A stretch of DNA of 64,000 bases from contig CAWFCQ010000008.1 in the NCBI GenBank assembly GCA_963814375.1, positions 480,001 through 544,000 of the forward strand, in the 5' to 3' direction. Origin of the DNA: an uncultured Chloroflexia bacterium. GTDB lineage: Bacteria; Chloroflexota; Limnocylindria; QHBO01. Of the stretch, positions 43,621-56,454 are shown in pieces. The translations under genes and the position numbers were made by a program. Under the pieces are notes generated by a model. That model worked only from the letters and a program-made list of their open reading frames with translations. It was not told the DNA's origin and did no database searches. How positions within the stretch are numbered: position 1 is the stretch's first letter; the number at the start of each line of letters is the position of its first letter.

Positions 43621-44675
43621 AAGCGCCGGACGATCGACCGCATCGCGGCGTCGTGACACTCGAGCAGGTGGCCCACGCGGCCCACGTCTCACGCGCGACC
43701 GCATCTCGCGTCCTCAACGAGGATCGACGCGTCTCCGAAGCCGCTCGGGCCGCGGTCGAGAAGGCAATGCAGGAGCTCGGCTACGTGCCCAACAGGGCCG
43801 CTCGGAGCCTGGCTACGCGACGCAGCGACTCGGTCGCCGTGGTGATCCCCGAGCCGAGCGGCCAGCTCTTCGGCGACCCGTTTTTCCCGCGCGTGCTGCG
43901 CGGCATCAGCGACGCGCTCACGGCCGAAGCGATGCAGCTCATCCTCCTGATGCCGCAGGCCCGCAGCGACGAGGACCGCGCCGGCCGATATCTCGCCGCC
44001 GGGCACAGCGACGGGGTGCTGCTCATCTCCCTTCACGGCGCGGACCCCCTGCCGGCCAGCCTTCGGCGCCAGGGGATCCCATTGGTGGTCGGCGGGCGAC
44101 CGCCGGAGGAAGGCATCACGTACGTCGACGTCGACAATCGGGGCGGCGCATCGAGCGCGGTTCAGCATCTGCTCGACAGCGGGCGTCGCCGGATCGCCAC
44201 GATCGCCGGCCCGCAGGACATGGCCGCCGGCGCCGACCGGCTTGCCGGGTACCACGAGCGACTCGCGACCGCCGGCGACGGCACTGCCGCAGGGCTCGTC
44301 GAGATCGCCGATTTCACGCATGACGGTGGCCGCGCGGCGATGGAGCGACTGCTCGATCGAGCGCCAAGGCTCGATGCAGTCTTCATCGCATCGGACCTGA
44401 TGGCCGTCGGAGCGGTCGCAGCGCTGCGTGCCGCAGGGCGCTCGATCCCACTGGACGTCGCCGTCGTCGGGTTCGACGACTCACAGCTGGCCGTGACGAC
44501 CGAGCCCGGTCTCTCGAGCGTGAGCCAGCCGATCGAGGAGATGGGGCGCGAGATGACGCGGCTCCTGCTGCAGGAGATTCGCTTCCCGGGTCGTCCGCCG
44601 CGGCGGGTGATCCTCGACACCGAGCTCATCGTGCGGGGCTCGACCATCGACAACATCGGCGACACCACGGAGTAG
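43599..44675 (+). CDS. LacI-family transcriptional regulator (CelR/CebR-like)
   Basis: TLEQVAHAAHVSRATASRVLN HTH, YVPNRAARSL hinge, VVGFDD. Confidence 0.95.
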   Translation: MTVRALSQAPDDRPHRGVVTLEQVAHAAHVSRATASRVLNEDRRVSEAARAAVEKAMQELGYVPNRAARSLATRRSDSVAVVIPEPSGQLFGDPFFPRVLRGISDALTAEAMQLILLMPQARSDEDRAGRYLAAGHSDGVLLISLHGADPLPASLRRQGIPLVVGGRPPEEGITYVDVDNRGGASSAVQHLLDSGRRRIATIAGPQDMAAGADRLAGYHERLATAGDGTAAGLVEIADFTHDGGRAAMERLLDRAPRLDAVFIASDLMAVGAVAALRAAGRSIPLDVAVVGFDDSQLAVTTEPGLSSVSQPIEEMGREMTRLLLQEIRFPGRPPRRVILDTELIVRGSTIDNIGDTTE

Positions 44676-44722
44676 GACCCACGCGGAGGAGAGGATCCGC
44701 CCACATCGGAGGTAGGAGAGGT

Positions 44723-44995
44723 ATGGATCAACGAGCTCTGACCCTGCGACGGTTCGGCCCGATGAGCTTCGGGCTGGGCTATTACGAGGACGACGTGTGG
44801 ATCGATCACTCGCAATCGGGCCCCGAGCCGCTACCGGCCGTGGGTCTGGCTTCCGAGGCCGACCGCGCCGCTCTCGCCGCCATCCACACCTGGTTTCCCT
44901 GCTGCGCCGAGGGTGCCGCGGAGGAGGCGCTAGCGGAGGCTGGAAGCGCGCGCCAACGGAGGCTGACCGCGGTCGCCCGATCGGCGACCTCATAG
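44723..44995 (+). CDS. Small hypothetical protein (90 aa)
   Basis: Strong GGAGG/AGGAGAGG SD before ATG 44723. Confidence 0.55.
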   Translation: MDQRALTLRRFGPMSFGLGYYEDDVWIDHSQSGPEPLPAVGLASEADRAALAAIHTWFPCCAEGAAEEALAEAGSARQRRLTAVARSATS

Positions 44996-45015
44996 CGTCA
45001 CTGACGCCCGCATCG

Positions 45016-46401
45016 GTGCCGACCGACGGAGGGGGCGCGGAGCAATTCCTGGCCGCTGCCGACCTCGCGGCGCGGTTCCCAAGCACCTTCACGTGGGGTG
45101 CCGCATCGGCGGCCTACCAGGTCGAGGGGGCCCACGACGCTGACGGACGGACGCCGAGCGTCTGGGACACCTTCAGCCACACGCCCGGAGCGACCCTGAA
45201 CGGCGATACCGGCGACATCGCCTGCGATCACTATCACCGCTGGGCGGAAGACCTCGACCTCATGCGCGACCTCGGACTGCGCGCCTACCGATTCAGCACC
45301 TCGTGGACGAGGATCCAGCCCGGCGGCTCCGGCCCAGCCAACAGGGCCGGCCTCGACTTCTACGATCGGCTCGTCGACGGCATGCTCGAGCGCGGCGTCG
45401 AGCCGTGGCTGACGCTCTACCACTGGGACCTGCCGCAGCCGATCGAGGACCGCGGCGGCTGGCTCGAGCCGGAGGTGGTCGATCGCTTTGCCGAGTATGC
45501 CGAGATCGTCGGACGCCATCTCGGGGACCGGGTACGGCACTGGATCACCCTGAACGAGGCCCGTACGTTCTGCCTCATGGGGTACGGCACCGGCGAGCAC
45601 GCGCCCGGGCGCACTGGATGGCGAGGCGCGCTGCGTGCTGCTCACCATTCTCATCTGGCACACGCCGCCGCCGCGACTGCCCTGCGCGGGGTGGTCGCCG
45701 ATGCCCGAGTCGGGATTGCCCACGACGTGGCGCATGTCGAGCCCGCGACGGACACCGCCGACGATCTCGAGGCGGCGATCCGGTACGACGGAGCGATGCA
45801 CCGCTGGTTCCTGGATCCGACGTTCGGGCGCGGCTATCCGGCCGATCTCGTCGCCTGGTATGACCGCCACGGCATGATTGGCGGCCTCGACCTCGATGCC
45901 GTCGCCGGTCCGCCGCCGATCGACTTCCTCGGGCTCAACTACTACCGACGCGAGCGCATCGTGGACTTGCCCGTCGAGTCGCAGTGGGGGATCGGCGGCG
46001 GCTGGGCCGAACCGGTCGGCGAGGTCAACGAGCTCGGATGGGAGATCCAACCCGACGGGCTCCGGCAGGTGCTGGGTCGGATCGCGCGCGACTACGCGCC
46101 GCGGGCGATCGCCATCACCGAGAACGGGTCCGCCTTCCCGGACGCGGTCGCCGCTGACGGGACCGTCAAGGATCCCGAGCGTCAGTCGTATCTGGAGCGT
46201 CACCTCGCGGCGGCCGCGGACGCGATCGCGGAGGGCGCGCCGCTGACCGCCTATTTCGCCTGGTCGCTCATGGACAACTACGAGTGGGCCATGGGCTACG
46301 CGACTCGCTTCGGCATCGTCCATGTCGACTTTGCGACGCAGCAACGCACCCTCAAGGCGAGCGGCCACCGGTACCGCGAGCTCATCGCCGCCGCTCCATG
46401 A
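45016..46401 (+). CDS. GH1 beta-glucosidase
   Basis: WGAASAAYQVEGA, DHYHRW, acid/base TLNE, nucleophile ITENG, WSLMDNYEW. Start approximate. Confidence 0.93.
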   Translation: MPTDGGGAEQFLAAADLAARFPSTFTWGAASAAYQVEGAHDADGRTPSVWDTFSHTPGATLNGDTGDIACDHYHRWAEDLDLMRDLGLRAYRFSTSWTRIQPGGSGPANRAGLDFYDRLVDGMLERGVEPWLTLYHWDLPQPIEDRGGWLEPEVVDRFAEYAEIVGRHLGDRVRHWITLNEARTFCLMGYGTGEHAPGRTGWRGALRAAHHSHLAHAAAATALRGVVADARVGIAHDVAHVEPATDTADDLEAAIRYDGAMHRWFLDPTFGRGYPADLVAWYDRHGMIGGLDLDAVAGPPPIDFLGLNYYRRERIVDLPVESQWGIGGGWAEPVGEVNELGWEIQPDGLRQVLGRIARDYAPRAIAITENGSAFPDAVAADGTVKDPERQSYLERHLAAAADAIAEGAPLTAYFAWSLMDNYEWAMGYATRFGIVHVDFATQQRTLKASGHRYRELIAAAP

Positions 46402-46405
46402 CGCA

Positions 46406-46440
46406 ACCGCGGCCGGCCACCTCCACCGGGCGGCCGCGGT
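46406..46440 (+). terminator. GC-rich stem-loop after the beta-glucosidase gene
   Basis: ACCGCGGCCG / CGGCCGCGGT 10-bp arms. No U-tract. Confidence 0.5.
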
Positions 46441-46544
46441 CCCTCCCAATTGGTCGTCTGAGGCGGTCACATTCCGGACATGGGCTGACACGATTGTCGT
46501 AAATGATGGGCGCGAGGATGACCGTCAGCGCTCGCGACTCAAAC

Positions 46545-46558
46545 CGAACAGGCGTTCG
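46545..46558. promoter_or_regulatory. LexA (Gram-positive-type SOS) box upstream of uvrA
   Basis: CGAAC-AGGC-GTTCG, 18 nt upstream of TAGCAT (46577-46582). Confidence 0.8.
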
Positions 46559-46592
46559 TATCGGTCCCGATCCTGTTAGCATTGGCTACCGA

Positions 46593-49525
<2,933 letters not shown>

Positions 49526-49529
<4 letters not shown>

Positions 49530-51184
49530 GTCGCGCCCCTCGGCGCCAGCCCCATCTCGGCCAGGAAGGGCGATGGCCGCGCCGGGTCGAACGCCAGGAT
49601 GAGCTCCCTCGTCGAGCGGGTGAGCGCGACATAGGCGAGGCGACGCTCCTCCTCCATGGCCCGATCCGGGTCAGCCGCGTCGACCAGGGATCGGCGGTTC
49701 GGCATCCGATCCGCCTCGAAGCCCAGGAGGACCACGGTCTGCCATTCGCGACCCTTCGCGGCGTGAACCGTTGCGAGCTCGACCGGCGCCTCGGGGTCGC
49801 GCAACGCCACGATCCGGGCGCGCGCGGCGTCATACGCGGCGATGAACGCATCGGTCGTGACGAATCCAGTCGTCCAGCCCATCAGCGCGTCGAGCGCCGC
49901 GTGATCCTCGTCCGCGAGCCGATCGCCGGTCGGAGAGCCGCGAGCCATGCCGCGCATCGCTCGGAGGCGCCGCAGGACGTGGAACGGGTGGTCTCGATCC
50001 TCCGAGCTGCGCGCGGCATCGACGAGGGCGACGACCGGCTCCGCCTCGACGAGCGGCGGGATCGCGGCGGTGTGCCGAACGCCGGCGCGGACCAGTGCCA
50101 GCAGGACCGGTGTGAGCTCGTTCCTCGTCCGCGAGAGGAAGCAGAGGCTGCGACCGGCCCGATCCTCCCGCGCGGCGAGACGAGCCATGGCATCAGGCCA
50201 GCCCGCATCGGCAGTGCTCCAGGCGGAGATCGCGGTCCCGTCCAGGTGACTGCCCGCGGGAGCGCGGATCGGCTTTTCGAAGCGCTCGCGGTTGGCTGCG
50301 ACCATCCGCGCGGATGCGGCGACGATGGCCGCGGGGCACCGGTAGTTCGTGGCGAGCATGACGCGCCGGGCGGTCGAGTAGTCGGCAGAGAACTTCAATA
50401 TCCGACGCACGTCCGCGAGGCGCCACGCATAGATCGTCTGATCGTCGTCGCCGACCACGAACAGGTTTTCCTCGGGCGCGGCGAGCAGCCGGACCAGCCG
50501 AAGCTGTGCGGCGTCGACGTCCTGGAACTCGTCCACACACAGGTGGCTGAAGCGGGACTGCCAGCGCAGCCGCACGCGCGGTTCCTTCTCGATGAGGTCG
50601 CCGGCCCGGACGACCATGTCGTCGAAGTCGATCGCTCCACGCGAGGCCAGCAGGCCGGCATAGGTCTCGAGGATGCCGCGGACGGTGTCGGGCACCGGAC
50701 GACCCTCGACCTTCGAGGCCGACAGCCACGTATCGAGCTCCGCAACCTCGGGTACCACGGCGGAGGGATCCGCCTCCGCGTGCCGGCGTCGGGCCGCCCG
50801 GAGCAGCGGCATCCGATCGGCGACGAGGTTCGTCCCCTCGCCGGAGTCGAGCAGCACCTGGCGCGCCAACGCGTGCAGCGTGCGAATCTCGATCGACCCG
50901 GAGGCCACGTCGGTACCGAGGCGTCGCCTGACGCGCCCGGAGAGGTCGCGGGCCGCGTCGCGGTTGAAGGTAACCACGCAGATCCGGTCGGCCGGAACTC
51001 CGCGGTCGAGCAGGACCGCCAGGCGGGCCACCAGTGTCGTCGTCTTGCCGCTACCGGCCGGCGCGATGATCTGCGCGGGGCCATCCGGCAGCGTCGCCGC
51101 GGCTCGCTGCTCGGGATCCAGGCTCGCCAGCAGATCGCCGAGCGACGGGATCGGTGGTGCGAACGAGATCGACGGCATCGCCAT
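49526..51184 (-). CDS. Short UvrD/PcrA-family SF1 helicase (552 aa)
   Basis: [54 protein letters not shown]. Confidence 0.9.
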
Positions 51185-51299
51185 CGCGTCATCATCGTCG
51201 CCAGCGATTACCAGCCGGTCATCGGCGGCTTATCGGCCGAGGCCGTATCCTGTGCGCCGCCCAGCCGAAGATGACCCCGAGCCGCAGCATGAGATCAAC

Positions 51300-52475
51300 G
51301 TGACGCGTCAACCCGATACCGACCTGCCCTACGACCGCGACCGGATCCGATCCGGCGGCGTCGCTCGCCAGGCGAGTCGGCCCAGCCAGCCAGCGTCCAT
51401 CGGCAACCAGGCGGCGCGGCGCACTCGATCCAGGGCGGCGCCGAGGCGGCGGCGGTCGGTGTGGCGCACCGTCAAGGTCGTCCTCTTCCTTGTTGTCGTT
51501 GCGGTCGTCGTGGGGTCGGTGCTGCTCGGCATGCGGGCCGCGGCCTTCAACGAGACGGTCTCGACAGCCGGCTTCCCGTCGACTGCGCTGCTCGGGCCGC
51601 TCAACGGGAGCGATCGAGTCAATGTCCTCCTCGTCGGCTACGGAGGCGGCGACCATGACGGCACGTACCTCGCCGACTCGATCCAGATCCTCTCGATCGA
51701 TCCGGAGACCGACACGACGACGTCGATCCCGATTCCGCGCGACCTGTGGATCGAGGGCATCGACTCGTTCTCCCAGAACGGCAAGGTGAACGAGGTCTTC
51801 TCGATCGGCCAGCTCGAGGGCGGGATCGACACCGCCGGCGCCCGCCTGGCCGAGGTGCTGAGCCAGGTCACCGGCCTCGAGATCGAGCATGCGGTGTCGA
51901 TCGACTTCGCCGGCTTCCGCGACATGGTCGACGCCGTCGGCGGCGTCACGATCGACAACCCGGTCGCCTTCGACTACGCCACCCGGGAGGACAAGCACTT
52001 CGCCGGGGACTGGAGTGAGGGTGGGTTCGCGGCGGGTGAGATCCACCTCGACGGAGACCAGGCCCTGGCCTACACACGGGCGCGGTACACGAGCGTGCCC
52101 GCGGAGTCGACCGACTTCGCGCGATCGGTACGGCAGGCACGCGTCCTGGGCGCCATCCGCGAGCAGCTCGGAGACGGCGGCGCGGGGTCGTTGTTCCCGG
52201 GTCTGCGCCTGATGGACGCGATGGAGAGCCGCGTGCGGACCGATCTGTCCGCCATCGACCTCTTCCTGCTGTCGTCGCATCTCGGCGCCGACCGCCGGAT
52301 CACGCTCGAGGAAGGACCCGTGCTGACGGCCACGACGAACACGATCGGCCAGTACATCCTGATCCCGACGGGCTGGACCGGGTCGGGCGACTACGGGGGC
52401 CTCCAGGCGTACCTGGCGGACGAGCTCGCGCAGCCGATCCCGTCCGCCTCGTCCGCCCCATCCGATGCGCCGTAA
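51300..52475 (+). CDS. LytR-CpsA-Psr (LCP) family cell-wall glycopolymer ligase
   Basis: TM, NVLLVG, ADSI, IPRDLW, VDAVGGV, DFARSVRQ. Start approximate. Confidence 0.88.
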   Translation: MTRQPDTDLPYDRDRIRSGGVARQASRPSQPASIGNQAARRTRSRAAPRRRRSVWRTVKVVLFLVVVAVVVGSVLLGMRAAAFNETVSTAGFPSTALLGPLNGSDRVNVLLVGYGGGDHDGTYLADSIQILSIDPETDTTTSIPIPRDLWIEGIDSFSQNGKVNEVFSIGQLEGGIDTAGARLAEVLSQVTGLEIEHAVSIDFAGFRDMVDAVGGVTIDNPVAFDYATREDKHFAGDWSEGGFAAGEIHLDGDQALAYTRARYTSVPAESTDFARSVRQARVLGAIREQLGDGGAGSLFPGLRLMDAMESRVRTDLSAIDLFLLSSHLGADRRITLEEGPVLTATTNTIGQYILIPTGWTGSGDYGGLQAYLADELAQPIPSASSAPSDAP

Positions 52476-52983
52476 GCGGCGGATCCGGCTCGCGGATCTC
52501 CCGCGGCTCGTGGTGGGGGCCGTCGTCCAGTTCGCGGGCCTGTTCGGCGGTCGCTATCGTCGGACGGAGGGCGCAAACCTGTTCGTGACCGATGACGCGG
52601 ACCGGGTGCTCGTCGTACGCACCACATATCTCGGGCCGCACTGGATGCTGCCCGGCGGCCGCGTCGAGCGCGGCGAGACAGCGCACGGCGCTGCCGAGCG
52701 CGAGACGCTGGAGGAGACCGGCATCGAGGTCCGCGTCGAGCGGCTGCTGGTCGTCGACGGGCGCCGGACGCGGGACACGAGCTTCGTCTTCGCCGGGCGA
52801 GCCGTCGGCGGCACGCTCGAGCCGCAGCTGGGCGAAATCGCGGAGGCCGGTTGGCTCGACCGATCGGAGATCGCGGCGTCCGCACCGAGGCTCGATCGGC
52901 TGCTCGAGATCATCGACGATGGCGGCGACGGCGTGACGTACCTCGGGATCGACTCGGGGCCCCCTGAGGCCAAACGACCCTAG
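52465..52983 (+). CDS. Nudix hydrolase
   Basis: Nudix box PGGRVERGETAHGAAERETLEETG. Confidence 0.88.
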   Translation: MRRKRRIRLADLPRLVVGAVVQFAGLFGGRYRRTEGANLFVTDDADRVLVVRTTYLGPHWMLPGGRVERGETAHGAAERETLEETGIEVRVERLLVVDGRRTRDTSFVFAGRAVGGTLEPQLGEIAEAGWLDRSEIAASAPRLDRLLEIIDDGGDGVTYLGIDSGPPEAKRP

Positions 52984-52993
52984 AATCGACCGC

Positions 52994-54991
52994 GTGAGCC
53001 CGCAACGCGCCATGCCCGACACCCTGCGCGCCGTGCTGCGCCGGCTGCCGACCGGGCCGGGTGTCTACCTCATGAAGAACGAGTCGGGACGCGTCCTGTA
53101 CGTCGGCAAGGCCGACGCGCTGCGCAGCCGAGTGCGGTCCTACTTCGGCATGCGCGGGCCAGAGGACGCGCGCATCGTGCGCATGACCCAGGAGGTCGCC
53201 GATGTCGACTACATCGTCACCGACACGGTCAGCGAGGCCTACCTCCTCGAGTCGAACCTGATCAAGGAGCATCGGCCTCGATTCAACATCCGGCTTCGCG
53301 ACGACAAGAGCTACCCGTTCGTCAAGATCACGCTGGGCGAGGACTTCCCGCGCATCGTGCGGACCCGGCGACTGGTGCGGGACGGGAGCCGGTACTTCGG
53401 GCCGTATGCCAGCGCCTCGAGCGTCGACGAGACGCTCAAGCTGCTGCGGAAGATCTTTCCCTTCCGGACCTGCAACCTCGACATTCCCGAGGGAAAGCGC
53501 GTCCTCGAGCGTCCGTGCCTGCTGTACTTCATCAACCGATGCCAGGGCCCATGCATCCAGGCCATCGAGAAGCAGCCCTATCGCGAGACGATCGGCCAGA
53601 TCGTCGACTTCCTGGATGGCCGTCAGGAGCCGATCGCGACGCAGCTGCGGGTCGAGATGGAGGGCCATTCGGAGGCCCTCCGCTATGAGCAGGCAGCCAC
53701 GACCCGCGACAAGCTGCGCGCCGTCGAGCGCACGATGGAGCAGCAGAAGATGGCGGCCTTCAGCCGCGCCGAGTACGACGTCATCGGGATGGCTCGCGGC
53801 GAGGACGAAGCCTGCATGCAGGTCATGCAGGTCCGCAACGGCAAGCTCATCGGCCGCGAGCACTTCATCGTCGAGGGTGCCCGCGACGTCAGCGATGCCG
53901 AGACGCTCGGGTCGTTCCTTCAGCAGTACTACGCCAGCACCGACGCCGTTCCGCGGGCCCTCCTGGCCCCGCTGCTGCCGTCGGATGCCGATGTGCTCGC
54001 GACTCACCTCGCCGATCGGCGCGGTGTACAGGTCACGGTCACGGTGCCGGAGCGCGGCGAGAAGCGCCGCCTCGTGGCGCTGGCAGTCCAGAACGCGGTC
54101 GAGGCGCTCGAGCGCGAGCGAGCGGAGTGGATGGCGGACACCGCACGCCGCGACGAGGCGCTGACCGAGCTCGCATCGGCGCTCGAGCTTCCCCGCGTGC
54201 CGGAGCGGATCGAGTGCTACGACATGAGCAACATCCAGGGCACTGCGGCGGTCGGAAGCATGGTCGTCTTCATCGACGGCCGGCCCGAGCCGCGGGAGTA
54301 TCGGCGCTTCCGCATCCGATCCGGCGACACTCCGGACGACTTCCGGATGATGGCCGAGGTGCTGCGCCGCCGATTCAGCCGCGTCGCCAAGCTGCGATCG
54401 CGGACGGGAGCCCTGTCACTCGCCGAGGTCGGCGCCGACGAGGCGCCGGAGGGCGACGGTGGCGACGAGCCACTCGACCTCGATCCCGACGCCGGGCCGA
54501 TCGATGAAGGGACGCCGGCGCCGAGGAGCCGCGAGACCGGATGGGCAGTGCCGGACCTCGTCATCGTGGACGGAGGAAAGGGACAGCTGTCGACGGCGGT
54601 GGCCGCCCTCGGCGAGCTCGGTATCAGCGACGTGCCGCTCACCGGGCTCGCGAAACGCTTCGAGGAGCTCTATCTGCCGGGCCGATCGGCGCCGATCGTG
54701 CTCCCGCGCCGCTCGCAGGCGCTCTACCTGGTGCAGCGCATCCGGGACGAGGCTCATCGGTTCGCGATCACCTACCACCGCGACGTGCGCGGCAAGCGCG
54801 CGCTGCACAGCGAGCTGGACGACGTGCCCGGGATCGGCCCGGGCCGGAAGAAGTCGCTGCTCAAGCGATTCGGCTCCGTACGCCGCATGCGCGAGGCGAC
54901 CCTGGACGAGGTGGCTGCGACGCCGGGAATCAGCCGTGACCTCGCGGAGCGCCTCAAGGCGCACCTCGCGCGCGAGGGAATGCTTGCCTGA
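52994..54991 (+). CDS. uvrC: Excinuclease ABC subunit C
   Basis: GIY-YIG PGVYLM...YVGKA, RIECYDMSN, VDGGKGQL, RDEAHRFA, HhH. Confidence 0.96.
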   Translation: MSPQRAMPDTLRAVLRRLPTGPGVYLMKNESGRVLYVGKADALRSRVRSYFGMRGPEDARIVRMTQEVADVDYIVTDTVSEAYLLESNLIKEHRPRFNIRLRDDKSYPFVKITLGEDFPRIVRTRRLVRDGSRYFGPYASASSVDETLKLLRKIFPFRTCNLDIPEGKRVLERPCLLYFINRCQGPCIQAIEKQPYRETIGQIVDFLDGRQEPIATQLRVEMEGHSEALRYEQAATTRDKLRAVERTMEQQKMAAFSRAEYDVIGMARGEDEACMQVMQVRNGKLIGREHFIVEGARDVSDAETLGSFLQQYYASTDAVPRALLAPLLPSDADVLATHLADRRGVQVTVTVPERGEKRRLVALAVQNAVEALERERAEWMADTARRDEALTELASALELPRVPERIECYDMSNIQGTAAVGSMVVFIDGRPEPREYRRFRIRSGDTPDDFRMMAEVLRRRFSRVAKLRSRTGALSLAEVGADEAPEGDGGDEPLDLDPDAGPIDEGTPAPRSRETGWAVPDLVIVDGGKGQLSTAVAALGELGISDVPLTGLAKRFEELYLPGRSAPIVLPRRSQALYLVQRIRDEAHRFAITYHRDVRGKRALHSELDDVPGIGPGRKKSLLKRFGSVRRMREATLDEVAATPGISRDLAERLKAHLAREGMLA

Positions 54992-55113
54992 GGGCGAATG
55001 CCCGCCAAGTCGCTATACTTGCGCCGCCCGCCGCTGGTGAAGCGGCGTGTTTCGTGTCCTGGGCACACCTCGCCGGCACGAGATTCCGCTTCCATGAGGA
55101 CCGTACGGCCGCA

Positions 55114-56451
55114 ATGACCTGGCGTCGCATCGCCCCGTGGGTCATCGGGGTGATCGCCCTGGTGGCGATCCTGATCAACCTGCCGCGCACCACGCTCGGC
55201 CTCTCCTGGCTGCCTGAGCAGATCGGCGGGGTCGAGTTCCGCACCGTCCTCGGCCTCGACCTCCAGGGCGGCGTGCGCGTGAGCCTCGAGGCGCAGGGCG
55301 AGGACGGCGCCGAGGTGACCGCGGAGCAGATCGAGACGGCGCGGAACATCATCGAGCGTCGCGTCGCCGGCATCGGCGTGACCGAGCCGCAGGTCCGCAC
55401 CGAGACGGCCGGCGACGGATCGCAGCGGATCGTGGTGGAGGTGCCGGGCGTCAGCGCCGCGGACCAGGACCAGGTGCGCGCCCTCGTTGGTGCTACCGGG
55501 CAGCTCCAGTTCATCGACCCGCAGGGCCAGGCCCTCACCGAGGGGCAGGACATCAGCGACCTGCTGGAGGCGGGTACGGTCCGCGAGCTCTTCGACGGGG
55601 GAGAGATCGATCCCAACAGCGTCGCTCCGGCGGCCAATGGCAACCTCATCGGCGTCCAGTTCAGCCTCAGCGAGACGGGCAGTGACATCTGGTGCGCGTT
55701 CACGACGGCGAACGTCGACCGACCCGGCCCGATTGCGCTCGACAACGAGGTCATCACGACCCCGAATATCGACGACGCGATCTGCGCGGGAGAGACGATC
55801 ATCACGGTCGGCGCGGCATCGGCAGCCGCCGAGGCCGAACGGACGAGCCTCTACAACACGCTGCGATTCGGCGCGCTGCCCATCTCGCTGGAGGAGGTCG
55901 GCTTCGAGACGGTCGATCCGACCCTCGGCGCGGACTTCCTGGTCCAGGCGCTCGTGGCGGGGGCGGTGGGGCTCGCGCTGGTCCTCTTCTTCATGATCGC
56001 CTACTACCGCCTGCCCGGCGTCCTTGCGGCAATCGCCCTCGTGTTCTACACGCTCGTGGTGTACGCGATCTTCCGCCTCATCCACGTGACGCTGACGCTG
56101 GCCGGGGTGGCGGCGTTCATCCTCAGCATCGGCATGGCGGTGGACGCCAACATCCTCATCTTCGAGCGCATGAAGGAGGAGATCCGGGCAGGCAAGACGC
56201 TCGGGCCGGCTATCGAGGCCGGATTCAACCGCGCCTGGTCGAGCATCCTCGACTCGAACGTCGCCTCGCTGCTCGTCGCCGGCTGGCTGTACTGGCAGGG
56301 GACGACGGTGGTCCGTGGGTTCGCTCTCGTCCTCATCATCGGTGTCTTGGTGAGCATGTTCAGCGCCGTGACGGTGACGCGGACGATGCTCCGCTACGTC
56401 ACCCGCACGAGCTGGGGCAGGCGGCTCGAGCTCTACCACGTGGAGCGCTAG
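55114..56451 (+). CDS. secD: Protein translocase subunit SecD
   Basis: LGLDLQGG, RFGALP, IGMAVDANILIFERMKEE. Confidence 0.95.
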   Translation: MTWRRIAPWVIGVIALVAILINLPRTTLGLSWLPEQIGGVEFRTVLGLDLQGGVRVSLEAQGEDGAEVTAEQIETARNIIERRVAGIGVTEPQVRTETAGDGSQRIVVEVPGVSAADQDQVRALVGATGQLQFIDPQGQALTEGQDISDLLEAGTVRELFDGGEIDPNSVAPAANGNLIGVQFSLSETGSDIWCAFTTANVDRPGPIALDNEVITTPNIDDAICAGETIITVGAASAAAEAERTSLYNTLRFGALPISLEEVGFETVDPTLGADFLVQALVAGAVGLALVLFFMIAYYRLPGVLAAIALVFYTLVVYAIFRLIHVTLTLAGVAAFILSIGMAVDANILIFERMKEEIRAGKTLGPAIEAGFNRAWSSILDSNVASLLVAGWLYWQGTTVVRGFALVLIIGVLVSMFSAVTVTRTMLRYVTRTSWGRRLELYHVER

Positions 56452-56454
56452 CCC

